A stretch of 64,000 nucleotides of DNA, from assembly GCA_937129385.1 (NCBI GenBank), contig CAKZNC010000152.1, forward strand, positions 7,260-71,259. The letters run 5' to 3'. Of this stretch, positions 63,430-64,000 are shown one piece after another. Within the stretch, counting starts at the first letter, position 1. Each line of letters begins with the position of its first letter. The DNA comes from an uncultured Bacteroidota bacterium (GTDB lineage Bacteria > Bacteroidota > Bacteroidia > Bacteroidales > GCA-2748055). The notes beneath the pieces are model-generated. The model ran no database searches, was not told where the DNA came from, and saw only the letters and a program-made list of their open reading frames with translations. Both the position numbers and the translations under genes were made by a program.

Positions 63430-63807
63430 ATGCTGCGGAAAATTGGAAATATCATCACCATGTGCCTGTTGCTGGTCTCAACAACAGGATTTACTGTTTC
63501 TGAACATTTTTGCGGGACGCAACTTATCTCAGTTGAAATCAACAGGGAAGCTGAACCCTGCTGTGACAATGGCATGTGTTGCCATACCGATACACAGTTC
63601 TTCCAGATGGATGAGGATTTTAACTATACAGCCTCAATATTTGATTTTCAGACTTTTGTACTGGCAGAGCTACCCCAACCGATGACCTTCCTTTCTGCAC
63701 TTGCCCTCTCAACAGACCGGGAAAAGGAGTTGTATGCCGATTTTGAATCCCCGCCTCCCCTGGAGCGAAAAGCATTTCTCTCTTCTGTTCAGACTTATCT
63801 TTTATGA
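63430..63807 (+). CDS. HYC_CC_PP family protein (small Cys-rich protein preceding metal-efflux RND pumps)
   Basis: ATG at 63430 gives MLRKIGNIITMCLLLVSTTGFTVSEHFCG...PCCDNGMCCH...PPP. It has a TM/signal segment plus HxC, CC and PP motifs. The track ORF start at 63376 lies upstream of the promoter box. Confidence 0.65.
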   Translation: MLRKIGNIITMCLLLVSTTGFTVSEHFCGTQLISVEINREAEPCCDNGMCCHTDTQFFQMDEDFNYTASIFDFQTFVLAELPQPMTFLSALALSTDREKELYADFESPPPLERKAFLSSVQTYLL

Positions 63808-63899
63808 TGTGATGCGCCGAAAGGCGTCCTGCTGATGTATGATCATGTGCAATGTCTTGTGGTCATGTTTTTTCATTTAATCACCCAATCATATCACAT

Positions 63900-64000
63900 A
63901 TGCTGAATAGAATAATCAGGTACTTCCTTGACAACAAGTTAGTGACAGTTTTGATCCTCACAGGATTCATCGCATGGGGCATCGTGACCGCCCCGTTTGG
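63900..64000 (+). CDS. Efflux RND transporter permease, CusA/CzcA family (5' partial, runs off the window)
   Basis: ATG at 63900. The N-terminus MLNRIIRYFLDNKLVTVLILTGFIAWGIVTAPF is typical of heavy-metal RND pumps. Truncated by the window end. Confidence 0.75.
   Translation, partial: MLNRIIRYFLDNKLVTVLILTGFIAWGIVTAPF

Noticed and set aside
63206-63685. 159-aa plus-strand ORF, and the 63376 start of the 143-aa ORF, in the metal-cluster spacer
   Set aside because: Both read through repeat words and the promoter. The perfect -7 box at 63406-63413, together with the TM-like N-terminus, supports ATG 63430.
1-64000. Search by eye for CRISPR arrays, IS elements or transposases, integrases, phage genes, restriction-modification, toxin-antitoxin or other defence genes, and rRNA operons
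   Set aside because: None found. There are no regularly spaced 25-40 bp repeats and no recombinase, nuclease or helicase-type ORFs. All long ORFs are accounted for by housekeeping, CAZyme, transport or signalling functions. HMM scans (DefenseFinder, PADLOC, ISEScan, Infernal) would be needed to exclude remote homologues.

Overview
This window reads as an ordinary chromosomal segment of a Bacteroidota genome. The evidence is two proteins with T9SS C-terminal sorting domains, repeated TAnnTTTG -7 promoter boxes, a fused SecDF, a TonB-dependent receptor, and an HYC_CC_PP gene next to a CzcA-type efflux pump. I call 45 protein-coding genes (44 complete, 1 truncated by the window end). They comprise housekeeping genes (metK, ribE, tatA, secDF, mdh, gpmI, corA, clpB), glycan-degrading or secreted enzymes (GH10 xylanase, GH2, a GH2-like protein, a sulfatase, two DUF1080 proteins, a CotH protein, an M16 peptidase), several signalling modules and a metal-handling cluster. 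Reading by eye, I found no rRNA, tRNA, CRISPR array, transposase, integrase or phage gene. I also see no clear-cut new defence or mobile system, so all interest scores are modest.

The observations most worth a second look are:
- An orphan CheR + Cache/GAF hybrid kinase + REC-HisKA_3 kinase operon with no other Che components in the window.
- A TonB-dependent receptor apparently co-transcribed with a periplasmic-TPR / coiled-coil / cytoplasmic PP2C phosphatase.
- An 817-aa lipoprotein of unknown family with an internal module duplication, divergent from the xylanase gene.
- A GH2-like protein whose acid/base NE motif reads NH.
- A 42-codon pirin gene stump, below the ORF-track cutoff.
- A structured metK leader.
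- A family of short GC-rich repeat words found only in intergenic DNA.
- Several phased direct repeats and palindromes in promoter regions.

All coordinates and motifs were hand-read from the sequence. Family assignments come from recalled motifs, not from searches.
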